Assembly: GCA_951406725.2 (NCBI GenBank)
Contig: OX597816.1
Location: 173,910,001 to 173,974,000 of the forward strand
Reading direction: 5' to 3'
Length of the DNA: 64,000 nt
Origin: Octopus vulgaris
Lineage: Eukaryota
A program made the translations under genes and the position numbers. Below the pieces are notes generated by a model that saw nothing but the letters and a program-made list of their open reading frames with translations, did no database searches and was not told the DNA's origin. Shown in pieces: positions 48,528 to 61,583 of the stretch (positions are counted from its first letter, which is position 1; every line of letters begins with the position of its first letter).

Positions 48528-48616
48528 GAACATAATTTTTTTAGAAATATTACTTCTAAGTTTTTGATTCAATTTAGCTTATTTACTTACATATTGTTTT
48601 GCTACAATTATTAATT

Positions 48617-48820
48617 TATTCTGTTGTGTCTGGGGAGAGTCATTTTCTTTTTATGCCCTACAATGTAACACACTCACTGGTAAAATTTCCACTTATTTCT
48701 TATTTTTATTTTCCTAAAATTTCAGGAAAATAAAAATAAGAAATAAGTGGAAATTTTATTGGTGAGTGTGTTACACTATAAGGCACTAAAAGAGAATGAC
48801 TCTCCACAGACAACAGAATA
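48617..48820. repeat. ~200-bp imperfect palindrome
   Basis: ~100-bp arms with centre ~48715-48724; direct repeats TATTAATTTATT at 48609-48620 and 48877-48888. Confidence 0.85.
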
Positions 48821-50201
48821 TGCTTCAACACACGAACTCATATAAAGAATCTTGCAAACCAAATCAAAAAACGAAATATTAATTTATTAATTAGAAATAA
48901 ACCACCTTTTTTTCACAACAGATGGAGTATATAGCCATTTGACAAAAATACTATTAGTTATGTGAATTACCTCACTGTCACAAATCTAAATGTTTTATTA
49001 TATGTAGTTGAGTGCCTTTCTACGTTGTTTCCACTTGCAGCTGTTGTTCTTCTTTATTATCTTAATATCATTTTAAGAAGAACAGTGGAATGGCAGAAAC
49101 AATAGGCACTAGACAATATTTAGTTACATCCATTTACAGTCTACTTAATTTTTTTCTGTCAGTATATGAAATCATTATTAATTAGTTTGTATTATATGCT
49201 ATTATTAACTGAAGTTCACTTTCTTCTGATTATCTATAGGCTATAAGGTGTACTGCCTTTACAAGGAAATGCACTGTAACTGAATAACCTTCTAAGATTC
49301 CAGACTGGAAAACTGGATTTTGTACTAAACACTAGCACTAAATGCCCAGACATGTCAAGTAACAAGTATGTCAACTCTTATTTCACAATTCTGTAAGATT
49401 TCAGACAAGCTTGCCTTAGTTTGCCAAGTTGTCAGAGGGAATACATATCAGATGTGAAAATTTTATTTTCGGTACACTAGAGATTTGGTTTCCATTTACT
49501 TAATTCTTACACAAACAGGTATTAAGCCAGATTTCTCACACACCCTAGACTATTGTGGTATGTGAAAGGATTAACTGTAGGGTGTGGTCTCCATTCAAAG
49601 AAAAATCTTATATTTTCTTCCATATTTCTAAATGCTTTTATGCCCTCTACTTTTTATTTTTATGTATTCTCCAATAAAGAAGGAGCCAACCAGTAACTCA
49701 CTGACTAGACTCCCCCAAAGGAATTGAGACAAAAACAAGTAAATAGAGCCATATGCTGAACTTTGGACAAGTCTAGAATATTTTTAGCATTCCATATGTA
49801 TAGTTTATGCAGGAAAAAGTGGGAGGGGGGGGCAATTTATTTGCTGTTATGTTGAATGTTTTGAGAGGGAGATGTAAGGAAAGAATGGCAAAACATCTGG
49901 AGAAACGGAGAAGAGGAAACCTAAATGACAGAATTAAATATATGTGGTAATCTAAAGGTTGAAAGAGCTAAAAGAACTGGTTCAGAGATGGAGGAAGGAA
50001 GTGAAGGGGTGGACACTGGGTTGCATGTGTCATGTGACACTACTGGAAAGCTATTCTAAACATCCATCATCAGAAATTTTCTGTTTTAGGGATAGGTTGA
50101 ATTTATTTGTCTTAGCACTCAACATGTTTGTTTCTTCCTCTGGGTATCCATTCCATACTGTGATAGACTTTATTTAGGTCGGATTTCTTTCTATTTTATA
50201 T

Positions 50202-50603
50202 CTCTTTCTCTTTCTCTTTTACTTGTTTCAGTCATTTGACTGCAGCCATACTGGAGCACCACCTTTTTAGTCGAGCAAATCGACCCCAGGACTTATTTTT
50301 TGTAAGCCTAGTACTTATCCTATCAGTCTCTTTTTGCCGAACCGCTAAGTAACGGGGATGTAAACACACCAGCATCGGTTGTCAAGCGATGTTGATGAGA
50401 CAAACACAGACACACAAACACACATACATATATATATATACGATGGGCTTCTTTTCAGTTTCCGTCTACCAAATCCACTCACAAGGCTTTGGTCGGCCTG
50501 AGGCTATAGCAGAAGACACTTGCCCAAGATGCCACGCAGTGGGACTGAACCCGGAACTGTGTGGTTGGTAAGCAAGCTACTTACCACACAGCCACTCCTG
50601 CGT
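50202..50603 (-). mobile_element. SINE family B
   Basis: Reverse-complement match. Confidence 0.9.
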
Positions 50604-51844
50604 CTATATGCAGCTATATTTTAATAAATATCCTGTAGAAGTAAACTGAAGAATGAAGGAAAGTGTCCAACCCCATAAAATATATAATTCTTGTGTGATG
50701 TATATCAGTCCTCTAAATTATTCCTTTTTGTATCCAGTTCCCTAAAATCTCCACCCCTGTGGTCAGTAAACTAGTAATTTAAACTCTTCAAATATGTAGA
50801 CAATAAACCAAACCTTTATGACCAATAAATCGTTTAAACTCTTCAGTTCTGTGTGGTTTATGGTCTAATATGTTAATTCTTTGACTTGTATAGATAACTA
50901 CATAAAGTTAAAATACATGCAATCAGTTCTGTTCACAGTTTACTTATGGAGTAATCATTATATAAAAGAAACAGCTTAATCAAGAGACTACTACATTGTA
51001 GCTAATCATAAATAGGTTCCACAGAATAGGGAAAATGGACTCTGCCAAACCAATTTGCTATATATACTGCAACCATGAAAAAAATACATATTTTGGTGAT
51101 ACCCCTAAAACCCCGTGTGTTATGGAACACACTGGTCACTCTTTTATGAACTCTGCAAGAGAGTTGTTAAAAACAGTACATTTAATACAGTCACATAGTT
51201 ATGCAACACAATTTCAGTTCTGACTCAATAGAAAATGCTGTTTTATTCTTAGAGAATAAAATGTTTAAGACTTTATAAGCATAGGTCAAATATACATTGT
51301 GACAACTAAAAATCTAAGAAATAGGTTTTAGATTTTAAATGAGTTAGTAAAAAAATAAGATCTTTCTGTTGGTTGGTTGTCAGCTATTAGTATTTGTGTG
51401 GTTATCTCCATACCAATAAACCTGGTCAAGCAGAGCTGACCAAAAAGACTACTCAATAACTTCAAGAGGATCATATCACAACTAATGTATCAGAAACTCT
51501 AGAATTACTTGTGTTTACAATCTCTATAGACCCTCCAAAATACTTTCCACCACCATGAAGAATAAGAACAACATAACAATAACAAGCCATTATAAGAGCT
51601 TTTATGCAGTTGCATTGCAGCTAGAAAAAGCAGCCAAGTCTTCATTAAATCATGTCTTACAGTATTAAAAAAGCAGAAGAATATATTAGATAATTTAGTC
51701 CTATATGTAAAGCAAAAATGAGCTTCAAGTATTAATATCAAGAAGAACAGTAACAATAAGAAAATTTAAAACAAAATAATCTTGCCAAGGAATAAACCCA
51801 TATATAGTTTTCGCAATTTAAAGTAGATGAAGGATAATTTCACA

Positions 51845-52537
51845 AAAGAAATGAAGCTAGCATGATCCGCTGGATGTGTAATGTCAGTGTGCACACACGA
51901 CAGAGTGTAAACACCCTGAGAGAAATATTGGACATAAGAAGCATAGGATGTGGCATGCAAGAGAGATGTTTGCCTTGGTATGGTCACGTACTATGGATGA
52001 GGAGAGATGTGTGAAGAAGTGCCACTCCCAAACAGTTGAAGGAATCCAGGGTAGAGGTAGATCTAGGAAGACATGGCATGAGGTAGTGAAGCATGACCTT
52101 CGAACATTGGGCTCACAGAGGCAATGACGAAAGACCGAGACCTCTGGAGATATTCTGTGACTGCAAAGACCCAGCAAATAAAGTGAGTTCACAGCTGTAT
52201 CCTACACTAATTTCGCATAACCAGCCCAAGCTCATTCAAAAGTACCTTGGATCGTAGGGTGACCTGCTGTGCTTGAGGAGACCTATTGAGTCAAGTACAT
52301 CAGCATCAAAATGAAAATCAAATGGAAATTGTAGTTGTGATACCCATGCTGGTGGCACCTAAAATGCACCCATTAAACTCACAGAGTAGTTGGCGTTAGG
52401 AAGGGCATCAAGCTGTAGAAACAATGCCAGATCAGACTGGAGCCTGGTGCAGCTTCCTGGCTTCCTAGACCCCAGTCAAACTGTCCAACCTATGCTAGCA
52501 TGGAAAACGGACATTAAATCATGATGATGGTGATGAT
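51845..52537 (+). mobile_element. RTE LINE 3' end plus family A UTR (single unit)
   Basis: RNEASMIRWMCNVS...WYGHV...GRGRSRKTWHEVVKHDL...DRDLWR, then UTR and GAT tail. Confidence 0.88.
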
Positions 52538-52572
52538 GTATGTATATATGTACATATATGTATGTACATGTA

Positions 52573-52610
<38 letters not shown>

Positions 52611-52614
52611 TATA

Positions 52615-52928
52615 TTGGTAAAAACGGTAAGATAACAAAAGAAAGAAAGAGACCTCAATATTATGTAAATAGAGGAAATTATCTGTAAAATATGTGACAA
52701 TTATACAATAGCCAAGATAAAATTCTGAGTTTTGGATGCCGAGGTGGAAATCCATAACACCATCTCTTTGGTTATCTGGCCATCTGAAAAACCTTTTTCA
52801 TAGAATAATCTATGTAATAGGCGTCCATATTAAATTCTTCTGTGTGTTAGAGTCCTCAATCGATGTTTGGCGATTATCCAAAAAAGCCGTATTAGCTCTT
52901 CGTGAAGAATAGCGTCGTTCAGGAGGTA

Positions 52929-52930
<2 letters not shown>
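52615..52930 (-). mobile_element. Possible Penelope-like terminal repeat with a decayed hammerhead
   Basis: Hammerhead-like fold at 52711-52780; element sits between (TA)n tracts. Confidence 0.45.
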
Positions 52931-52964
<34 letters not shown>

Positions 52965-53204
52965 AGAGAGAGAGGCAATAGGAAATTAACTTACTCCTAA
53001 TTTAATTAAACAATGACTTTGAAACACAATGATCCACTTCTCATTGTTAATTATTGCTCCATTTCTTATCATCTAAACCACGGTTTTACCTTTAAATTAA
53101 TTACTACCATATACCTTTTAACAAGGACTATACATACTAAGGTAATACACCAGGAGTGCCTACAGATACATCTATCCCTTAGACATTTGCATAACCTGTA
53201 ACTT

Positions 53205-53486
53205 ATATCTCACCAAACGTTTCATTGATATCGTGAGCAGTTTCAGCTGCTTTACGTTTGAAGGTGAATAGCAAAATTGCTCAAATATCACACTTTGACA
53301 ATTCCATTTCAGATGATTGTAACAACAGTGAAAAAAATATCGATGTTAATTTATTAATGCCTTTTGTTAATTTATTGATGCATCAGACAATTGCAAAAAA
53401 TGTTTAAAAAAATTCAAAACTCTGCAAAAATCTTGTACAAATTCTTCATAGTTCAAAATGTTGCTTACTTTTTACTCGACCTGATA
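53205..53486 (-). mobile_element. mariner 5' fragment
   Basis: TIR TA|TCAGGTCGAGTAAAAAGTAAGCAACATTTT; DI*AILLFTFKRKAAETAHDINETFGE. Confidence 0.8.
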
Positions 53487-54236
53487 CATACATATACTAT
53501 ATGTACATGTGTAGACATTGAATTGCTTGCTAATACTTGCTGTGGAAGAGTGTAAGAAACAGTTATATGTCTATACCAAGACATCTAAGTGGAAATTACA
53601 TATGCACTCATAGGATCAATATAGTCATGATAACAGTATAAAAAGTGGATTTTTTTATTTAGGCTCAATGCCAGTACCATCATAAAATAACTAAATAATA
53701 TATTTAGTAATTGATGGCTCTGGTCTGTTGCCATAAGATGTTTATGTTGCACCATACTATGCATACAGCAATTTACATGTATCTGATAAATCAATTATTC
53801 ATATTTCTTCTGCCTCAATATTTTTGAACTGTGAATTCCCAGTTTGTGGGTGAATACAAAGGATAAAGTTAACAAGCTTATCAACTGCAGGGTTAGCAAA
53901 CTGCACCTTTTCACTAGTTTTACACTGAAACCTTGTTATATTTACTTAATTCACAATGGGAAAGGGATTTTGTAAAAGTATTAATTTTACTAATTCTAAT
54001 TTAACTGAGACGTAATAGTAGAGAGGTTTTGGTATTCTCCCTCCTTTAGCACATGGTCACCTTACTGCTGTTTTGCTTTGTTATTGGATAAGTCGCATAA
54101 TTTCTCTTGCTCTAGTCTACCAAGATAGCAAACAGGTTCCACAACTACTTTAATGAATAGTTAGCAGTAAAAATGACATCTGCATGCAAAACAATGTTGT
54201 CAGCATAATGCAAAACCTACAAATTTGTATACATCA

Positions 54237-54620
54237 GGTGCAGGAGTGGCTGTGTGGTAAGTAGCTTGTTTACCAACCACATGGTTCTGGGTTCAGTCCC
54301 ACTGTGTGGCACCTTGGGCAAGTGTCTTCTACTATAGCCTCGGGCCGACCAAAGCCTTGTGAGTGGATTTGGTAGACGGAAACTGAAAGAAGCCCGTCGT
54401 ATATATATATATGTGTGTGTGTGTCTGTGTTTGTTCCCCTAGCATTGCTTGACAACCGATGCTGGTGTGTTTATGTCCCCGTTACTTAGCGGTTCGGCAA
54501 AAGAGACCGATAGAATAAGTACTGGGCTTACAAAAGAATAAGTCCCAGGGTCGAGTTGCTCGATTAAAGGCGGTGCTCCAGCATGGCCGCAGTCAAATGA
54601 CTGAAACAAGTAAAAGAGTA
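54237..54620 (+). mobile_element. SINE family B
   Basis: Full-length match. Confidence 0.92.
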
Positions 54621-55019
54621 TCAATTTCTATACTTGCTGCAATTGACAAAAAAGGATTGATGTGAAACTGCATGCTCTCTTTCTTAATTAATCCATTTTT
54701 TGCTCATATACAGTGTCAGACATCTAATAGATGCATATACATATATATACACGTAGGTGCATACAGACAGACAGCATCAACTTCTCCTTATTTCCAAGTA
54801 TGTCTTTAAAGTTTCTCATGTGTGCCATGCCTCTAATGGCTGGCAAGGCCAATTTTTGAGTGAAATAACTGTCCATTGAGGCCACATCTAATGGTCAATC
54901 TTGGAGTTTGAAGATCTTTCATCATAGCTGTTTATCCTCTTCAATTAGTATAGAATAATTGTTCGGTCATCTCCTGTGTGTTGGCCCCAGCCAAGTTCCT
55001 ATACAATGTAGCTCCAAGA

Positions 55020-55385
55020 AGGCGCAATGGCCCAGTGGTTAGGGCAGCGGATTCGCGGTTTCGATTCCCAGACCGGGCGTTGTGAGTGTTTATTGAGCGA
55101 AAACACCTAAAGCTCCACGAGGCTCCGGCAGGGGATGGTGGTGATCCCTGCTGTACTCTTTCACCACAACTTTCTCTCACTCTTACTTCCTGTTTCTGTT
55201 GTACCTGTATTTCAAAGGGCCGGCCTTGTCACTCTCTGTGTCACACTGAATATCCCCAAGAACTACGTTAAGGGTACACGTGTCTGTGGAGTGCTCAGCC
55301 ACTTACACGTTAATTTCACGAGCAGGCTGTTCCGTTGATTCGGATCAACCGGAACCCTCGTCGTCGTAACCGACGGAGTGCTTCC
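55020..55385 (+). mobile_element. SINE family D
   Basis: Full body; TSD AGCTCCAAGAA. Confidence 0.92.
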
Positions 55386-55539
55386 ATCCAGCTCCAAGAA
55401 GGATGTTGAGAACAATTTGAGCTGCCCATGTCACTTTTGGAAAATTCTGTCATATTTTCAGGAACCAAGAACTCGAAGCTATGAACCAAACTTGTGGTGA
55501 ACCAGATTGTGGCTATTTCCACCTTAGTCAACAATTGCT

Positions 55540-55830
55540 GGACATGTACTTTGTATTGTCAGGACATCCCAAAATTGAAATGACTTCATCTACAGAAATA
55601 TTTCATTGTGAATATCAAATGGGATGATTGTGTCAACAATCTTGCAGTTTTTGAATAGGTCAAAGCCAACAGTATTGAGGTTGTCATCAAATATCACTTC
55701 AATTGGGTTGGTCATATCCACCACATAAATAGTGGCAGATTTCTAAGCCAAAGTCTCCACAGCATATTCAGCAATGGCAAAGGATCATGCAGCTGCTCCT
55801 TGTAACACTACAAAGACCAAATAAAACAGA
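55540..55830 (+). pseudogene. Old RTE C-terminal fragment
   Basis: IVNIKWDDCVNNLAVFE...NWVGHIHH...HYKDQIK. Confidence 0.6.
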
Positions 55831-56396
55831 TGATAAAAAGCACCAACATCAGCTCTAAAACCTGAAATACAGACACATACATGCACATACTACACTTTTT
55901 GATACTACCTTGTGTGTGTGTGTGTATGTACACACATACAAGGTGGCATCTAAAAGTTCCCAGACTAGTTTTCTTTAATAAAAACTAGCTTATTTACCTA
56001 AGTTTTAATATCATCTCCTTCGAAATAGTCACTGGTCCTAGTGTTCCTGCCACTTTTGGAATCCAGCCTGGAAGTTGCTTTCTGTAAGTTAGTCAGGGAC
56101 CTTCTGCAAGTCACTCTGGATCTTGACAATGGTGTTAAAATGGTGACCTTTGAGCATTTCCATCTTGGAGAAGAGATGGAAGTCCACAGGTGTTGAATCT
56201 GGTGGATAAGGCAGGTGCGGAATTAACACCATGTTGTCTTTGGCAAGAAACTCATGAATGAGAAGAGTTCAGTGACAGAGAGCATTGTCATTGTGAAGAA
56301 TCAAATTCTTTGCACTCCACAGATCTGGTCACTTTTGCTGAATATCCTCCCTCAAACACTTCAAAACATAGCAGTAGGATTCTTGATTGATGGCAT

Positions 56397-56631
56397 GGCG
56401 GCGAGCTGGCAGAAACATTAGCACGCCGGGTGAAATGCTTAGTGGTATTTGGTCTGCCGCTACGTTCTGAGTTCAAATTCCGCCAAGGTCGACTTTGCCT
56501 TTCATCCTTTCGGGGTCGATAAATTAAGTACCAGTTACGCACTGGGGTCGATGTAATCGACTTAATACTTATGTCTGTCCTTGTTTGTCCCCTCTGTGTT
56601 TAGCCCCTTGTGGGTAGTAATGAAATAGGTA
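56397..56631 (+). mobile_element. SINE family C, full length
   Basis: GGCGGCGAGCTGGCAGAA head to GAAATAGG tail. Confidence 0.9.
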
Positions 56632-57088
56632 TGGCCCTTGGGGGACAAAGTCTCAATGCACAGATGTCACAAAAAACGACGAGCATGCTCTTGAAGCTTC
56701 AGCTTTGTCAAGCCTTCTTTGGTTGTGGAGAGGAAGAGCTCTTCCATTGTGATGACTGCTGCTTTATCTCAGGGTCGTACTTGTTGACCCAACTCTTGCC
56801 ACCAGTAATGGTCCTCAAGGTAAAGGATGGATCGTCAGTGGCATGCTGATGGAGATCTTGACAGAATTCTACATGATGGTCTTTCAGTTCAGTGGTCAGC
56901 AGGCAGGGGACAAACTTGGCTGAGACACGTTGTATGCTCAATTCAGACATTAGGATTGCCTACACAGACCCATACGACAGACCAACATCAGCAATGCTTT
57001 TGACTGTCCTCTGATCATCCTCATCCACAAACTGATGAATTTTCTCTACATTGCTGAGGGACATTCTTCCACTTTTGAAGTGCCCATG

Positions 57089-57517
57089 CAGTACTGGATT
57101 AACCATTAAGCAAAATAAGCACGTGCTTAGGGCATCAAGGGAAGGAGGGGACACCACAGAAATGGTAAATGGTTTATGGCACAAAAGAAACCACTTTAAA
57201 CTTGCTAAAATAATATTCGGGATGCCTGTATCTCTACAATGTATAGATGCAGGTGAGTTACCTAAGATTAATTCTGAGGATCTGATCAAAGACTTTGCAA
57301 TTCAAAAAAGTTGGAGGAAACTTTTCAAATATAAATAAAGTGGAAAGATACAAAAATAAATATTATTTTCTCTCTCTTCCTGTTTTGTTTCATTTTGAAA
57401 AATAAAAATTTATTTTATGGTTTGTTATTGTTTATATTTTTATCGCTTATATCTTTTGTAGGAGGCACCAAAATCGTTTAAGTGCTTAGGGCTTCGATGA
57501 GTTTTAATCTGGCCCTG
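57089..57517 (+). mobile_element. hAT-derived MITE (429 bp)
   Basis: TIR CAGTACTGGATTAA / TTAATCTGGCCCTG, perfect 8-bp TSD TGCCCATG, residual dimerisation-domain peptide INSEDLIKDFAIQKSWRKLF. Confidence 0.9.
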
Positions 57518-58509
57518 TGCCCATGCCACTTAAAACATTGTGTACAACCCATTGTCTCATCGCCATAAGCTTGCTGAAGCATGCTCAAAATCTCTGTAGC
57601 AGACTTCCCAAGTTAAACGCAAAATTTCACGTTGGTTCTTTATTCCAACTTCCAGTTAATGACGAAAATTGCCAACTACAACATACACGTGATCACAAAA
57701 ATACAAATTTCACAACTTGTGAAGTAAACACAGCAATGTCACTCAGCACGCTGCCTCATGAAGGTCACTGTGACCTCATGAACCTCTCGCTGTGCATGCA
57801 ACCATGTGCTGCTATCTGTTTGTGTGCTACAGAACTAGTCCAGGAACTTTTTGACACCACCACTTACACATGTAGATAAATGTATATACACATAAAAATG
57901 CTCATAAGTACATATATAAATGCATACACAAAATCTTTTTGAATAAAAATACTTCTTTGGCTTAGAGAAGTAGCAAAGGGAAGTGTCTTGACCAGTAACC
58001 CTTTCAATATAGACACGTAAAAATCAACTAAGTTCAAACTGGATGAACGTGGCATAAGAAAAAAAGGTGAATTATCAAGATGCTAAAATGACTATGATGT
58101 ATATGTGTGTGTGTGTGTGTGTGTGTCTGTGTTTGTCCCCCTAGCATTGCTTGACAACCGATGCTGGTTGATGTCAATAATGGTGACATTAATGATGATA
58201 GTGATTATTTCTAACATAAGTATAGGAGCAGAAATTTATAGGAGAGATATTTATAGCCAACTGAATCAGTTAAAATACATTTCTATGTTACTATAACTAA
58301 TTTTATTGACCCATCTAGAGAAATGAAAAGCAAAATTGATCTCAACCAGATCAATTTTCAAATTCAGAATCTAGAAAGCATGTAAAAGCGTTGAGTTTAA
58401 CTATGCTTTCTGTCACTACAACACTTTTAAGTAAAGAAACTGCATTAATAAAGAAAGAAAATCACAAGAGAAAGGTGAGTTTGCTTTAGGTCATAGATAT
58501 TAGACAGAG

Positions 58510-58641
58510 TGCCTTAAGCACGTGCTTATTTTGCTTAATGGTTAATCCAGCACTGCATGGGCACTTCAAAAGCGGAAGAATGTCCCTGAAAGGTGATGAG
58601 CAACCTAGAAGACTTGCCATGAGCATCATGCTCAGAAATGT
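58510..58641 (+). mobile_element. Second, inverted copy of the hAT-mariner junction
   Basis: GCACGTGCTTATTTTGCTTAATGGTTAATCCAGCACTG|CATGGGCACTTCAAAAG.GGAAGAATGTCCCT is the reverse complement of ~57057-57135. Confidence 0.85.
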
Positions 58642-58685
58642 GAAGAAAATTCATCAACCTGAAAATTAGCAATATATGAGGGGCT

Positions 58686-59207
58686 AAGACTTTCTCACTT
58701 CCCGAGCATTAAACTAATACATCTGTTTGTTGTTTACACACCCATCTTTGACTTTTGTTTTTTTGTAAATTCTCACTAAATATTACACGCTCACATGATT
58801 GCACCAGTTTTAGCCTGTCTCCACTTCATAACACTTCGAACTTTTCTTGGACCATTCTACCTGGACTTTCTTCTACTCTCCTATACTCAGAATCCTACAC
58901 TTTGGCTACACCTCTCCTACCCATGGATTACACTGGACTCTTCCTTTGATGAGAAATTGCTCCAATACACCAAAACGTTTGAACCTTTTGAACTTTTCTG
59001 AACTTTTTTGTACTTTCTGCTTTTTCCTATTGTTTCTCTAAACCTTTCTCTCTTTTCTCTCCTTGTTTTTTTCAGTGTTCCTTTCTGCCAAAGAGCGTAA
59101 GCTTGAAACATAAAAGATTTTCTCACTTCCCAAGCATTAAATTAATACATCTGTTTGTTGTTTACACACCTATCTTTGTCTTTTGTTTTTTATGTAAATT
59201 CTCACTA
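58686..59207 (+). repeat. ~90-bp direct repeats bounding a ~520-bp segment (pseudo-LTR-like)
   Basis: TTTCTCACTTCCC.AGCATTAAA.TAATACATCTGTTTGTTGTTTACACACC...AAATTCTCACTA at ~58690 and ~59119. Confidence 0.75.
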
Positions 59208-59495
59208 TATATTTATAACCTTGACAAGAAAGTTCCAGAAAGAAAATGGCATGAGTAAGAAATTTTGTCACTGGCAGAATATATTTTAAGTTTCCTTACA
59301 CATACATACAACACAAAAGTACATGTTCACATGCTAGCAATGCTAGAAAACAGAGAGTTCAAGTGTTATGATTGTGAACATGCTTGCTGAACACAAGCTG
59401 GGCTAGAGAGCCACCTGCATGCACATGGTCATGCAAGGTTCAATGAATGGATAGCACTCATTTTGCAAGAAGGATCAATTGGTATGGATGTATAA

Positions 59496-59552
<57 letters not shown>

Positions 59553-59559
59553 GATGCTG

Positions 59560-60035
59560 ATAAGAAAGAGAGAGAGAGCTAACTCCATGCAGAGCCAACC
59601 AACAGAGTGATCAACCATCTAAATTGACAGCAGTAGGGTAGACAAGATAATAAAGAATATGAAGCAAGAGAAAGCATATGAGTCATCAGGGATAACTGCT
59701 GAGATGCTTAAAATATCTGACAAAGTAGAATAGAGGAGAGGTACTTGAAAAGAAAATGTAGTAATGCTGGAATGAAGTAATGAAGTAATGCTGGCCAATA
59801 TCATCATCAATTGTTATAAGGGCAAGGGAGATGCATGAGAGAGAGAAGAAACCTCAGATGCACTGAAGTTGTAGAATTTGGTTATGGTCCAACAATTTGA
59901 TGAGATGTAGTTCAGCTTTGTCACAGGAAGAATCACTACTGATACCATATTCCTTATGAGAAATACATGGCCAGAAATATGACTCTATAACTTGTGTTTG
60001 TTGATCTGAGGAAGGCTTTTGATAAGGTCCCTAAT
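59560..60035 (+). pseudogene. Decayed RTE RT fragment
   Basis: MKQEKAYESSGITAEMLK, YKGKGDA, GRITTDTIFLM, FVDLRKAFDKVP. Confidence 0.75.
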
Positions 60036-61583
60036 CAAGCTAACCAAATCCGAGATCTGTCTGGTGTGCAAACACATACTGAGGAACATCAACAATGACA
60101 TATAAGGAGAGCCACCAACGAGGTGATTGCATGGCTTAATATCAACAAGGAGAGAGGCAGAGCAAGGTTCATCCAGTTTGAACTTAGTTGATTTTTACGT
60201 GTCTATATTGAAAGGGTTACTGGTCAAGACACTTCCCTTTGCTAGGGGCTTCACTAACATTAGCAACAGGGACATAGATGTCATCATGCATGCTAGAAAA
60301 ACTGTTCAATAAAGGTTCGACCTGGGTCGAGCAAACCGACCCTATGGGCTCTTTTGATGTCGCAATGGGGGCTTATGACAGTGCTGATGTATGTGACCTC
60401 ATCAGGTTGTATATCTTTGATGCCCTTAAGAAGAGATTCCCCTCTGTCCTCTTTAGTCTCTACAGAGATGATGCCCCGGCTATCTCTAGAGGAATCAATG
60501 GGAACACTCTAGACAAGCCTAGAAAAGATCTAATTAGCACCCTTGGCTCCATGGGACTGAAAATTACTACTGAGACCAACCTCACCACTGCAGACTTCTT
60601 AAATGCCATCCACCCATCATGTTCAAAAACCTGATGAACGGTGTTAGCAAGAGGATCATGAACCTTTCCTCTAGCCAAGAGATTTTTGACATAGCTGCCC
60701 CTTACTATAATGAGGCATTAGCTACTAGCGGATTTAGGGACATCTTTTACGTGCCAGGCCCTAACACCCGCAGAAGAAAACGCCACAGAAATATCATTTG
60801 GTTTGTCCCCCACTTCTCTTCCAACGTAAAAACATGTATAGGTAAGATATTCCTTAGGCTGGTAGATAAACACTTCACACGATCACATGGTCATGGATGC
60901 ATTTTCAACAGACACAACCTAAGAGTCTCTTTTAGCTGTATTTATTAAGAGCATTTTACTTAACACCCCTAGACCACTGGTGTATTGCTGTGCAAGATGA
61001 CTATTTTAAGAGAGATGATGTTAAAACTTTGGTAAATAAGTTATTTTTTATTAAGCACAACTAGTCAGAGAACTTTTTGATACCATATTGTATGTATACA
61101 CACACACACACACACACATATATACATATACACTATGAGGATATTTAAACTTCTTATAGGGATATTTTTATCCAAGATACCCTGGTTCAATATATTATAT
61201 TTTGAAGAGATATTTCTTCACAACCTTGTGCATAGGTGTGTAGCTGAATCTGACGGGAAGGAATACCATTACATAGGTTCAACCGAAACTCAGTTTAAAC
61301 GGAGAATTGCAAGCCACGAGAGTTGTTTTAGAAATAAGCATAAAATCAATACTAGTCTCAGCAAATTATATGGATGTTAAAAGATATTGGGAAAAACTAT
61401 AAGATTAAGTGGGAGGTTGTAGGCCATGCCAGAGCTTATCAAATTTCAGATAGGAAATGTCAATTATGTACAGAAGAGATTTTTCAGATAATAAAACCTA
61501 AACATAGATTGATTAACTGTAAGAAAGAAAATATTTCAGCTTGTTGTCACTACTCAAAGTATGTTTTTAGAAAATTTAATTAA
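60035..61583 (+). mobile_element. Penelope-like retroelement (Hydra-type): RT plus C-terminal GIY-YIG, frameshifted
   Basis: FDVAMGAYDSADVCDL, LYRDD, GLKIT, RNIIWF.P.FSSNVKT.IG, YIGSTETQFKRR..H, IKW, CQLC, KKENISACCH. Confidence 0.88.
60975..61092 (+). mobile_element. mariner 3' terminal fragment inside the PLE
   Basis: Reverse-complement similarity to 55937-56030; TIR ACTAGTCAGAGAACTTTTTGATACC..TTG|TA. Confidence 0.7.

Larger units (their letters stand above)
55937..57866 (-). mobile_element. mariner transposon with both TIRs, rearranged and interrupted by a SINE and a hAT MITE
   Basis: TIRs ...GGTGGCATCTAAAAGTTCCCAGACTAGT / ACTAGTCCAGGAACTTTTTGACACCACC; RVSAKFVPCLLT...ITGGKSWV..YDPEIKQQSSQWKS. 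Confidence 0.85.
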
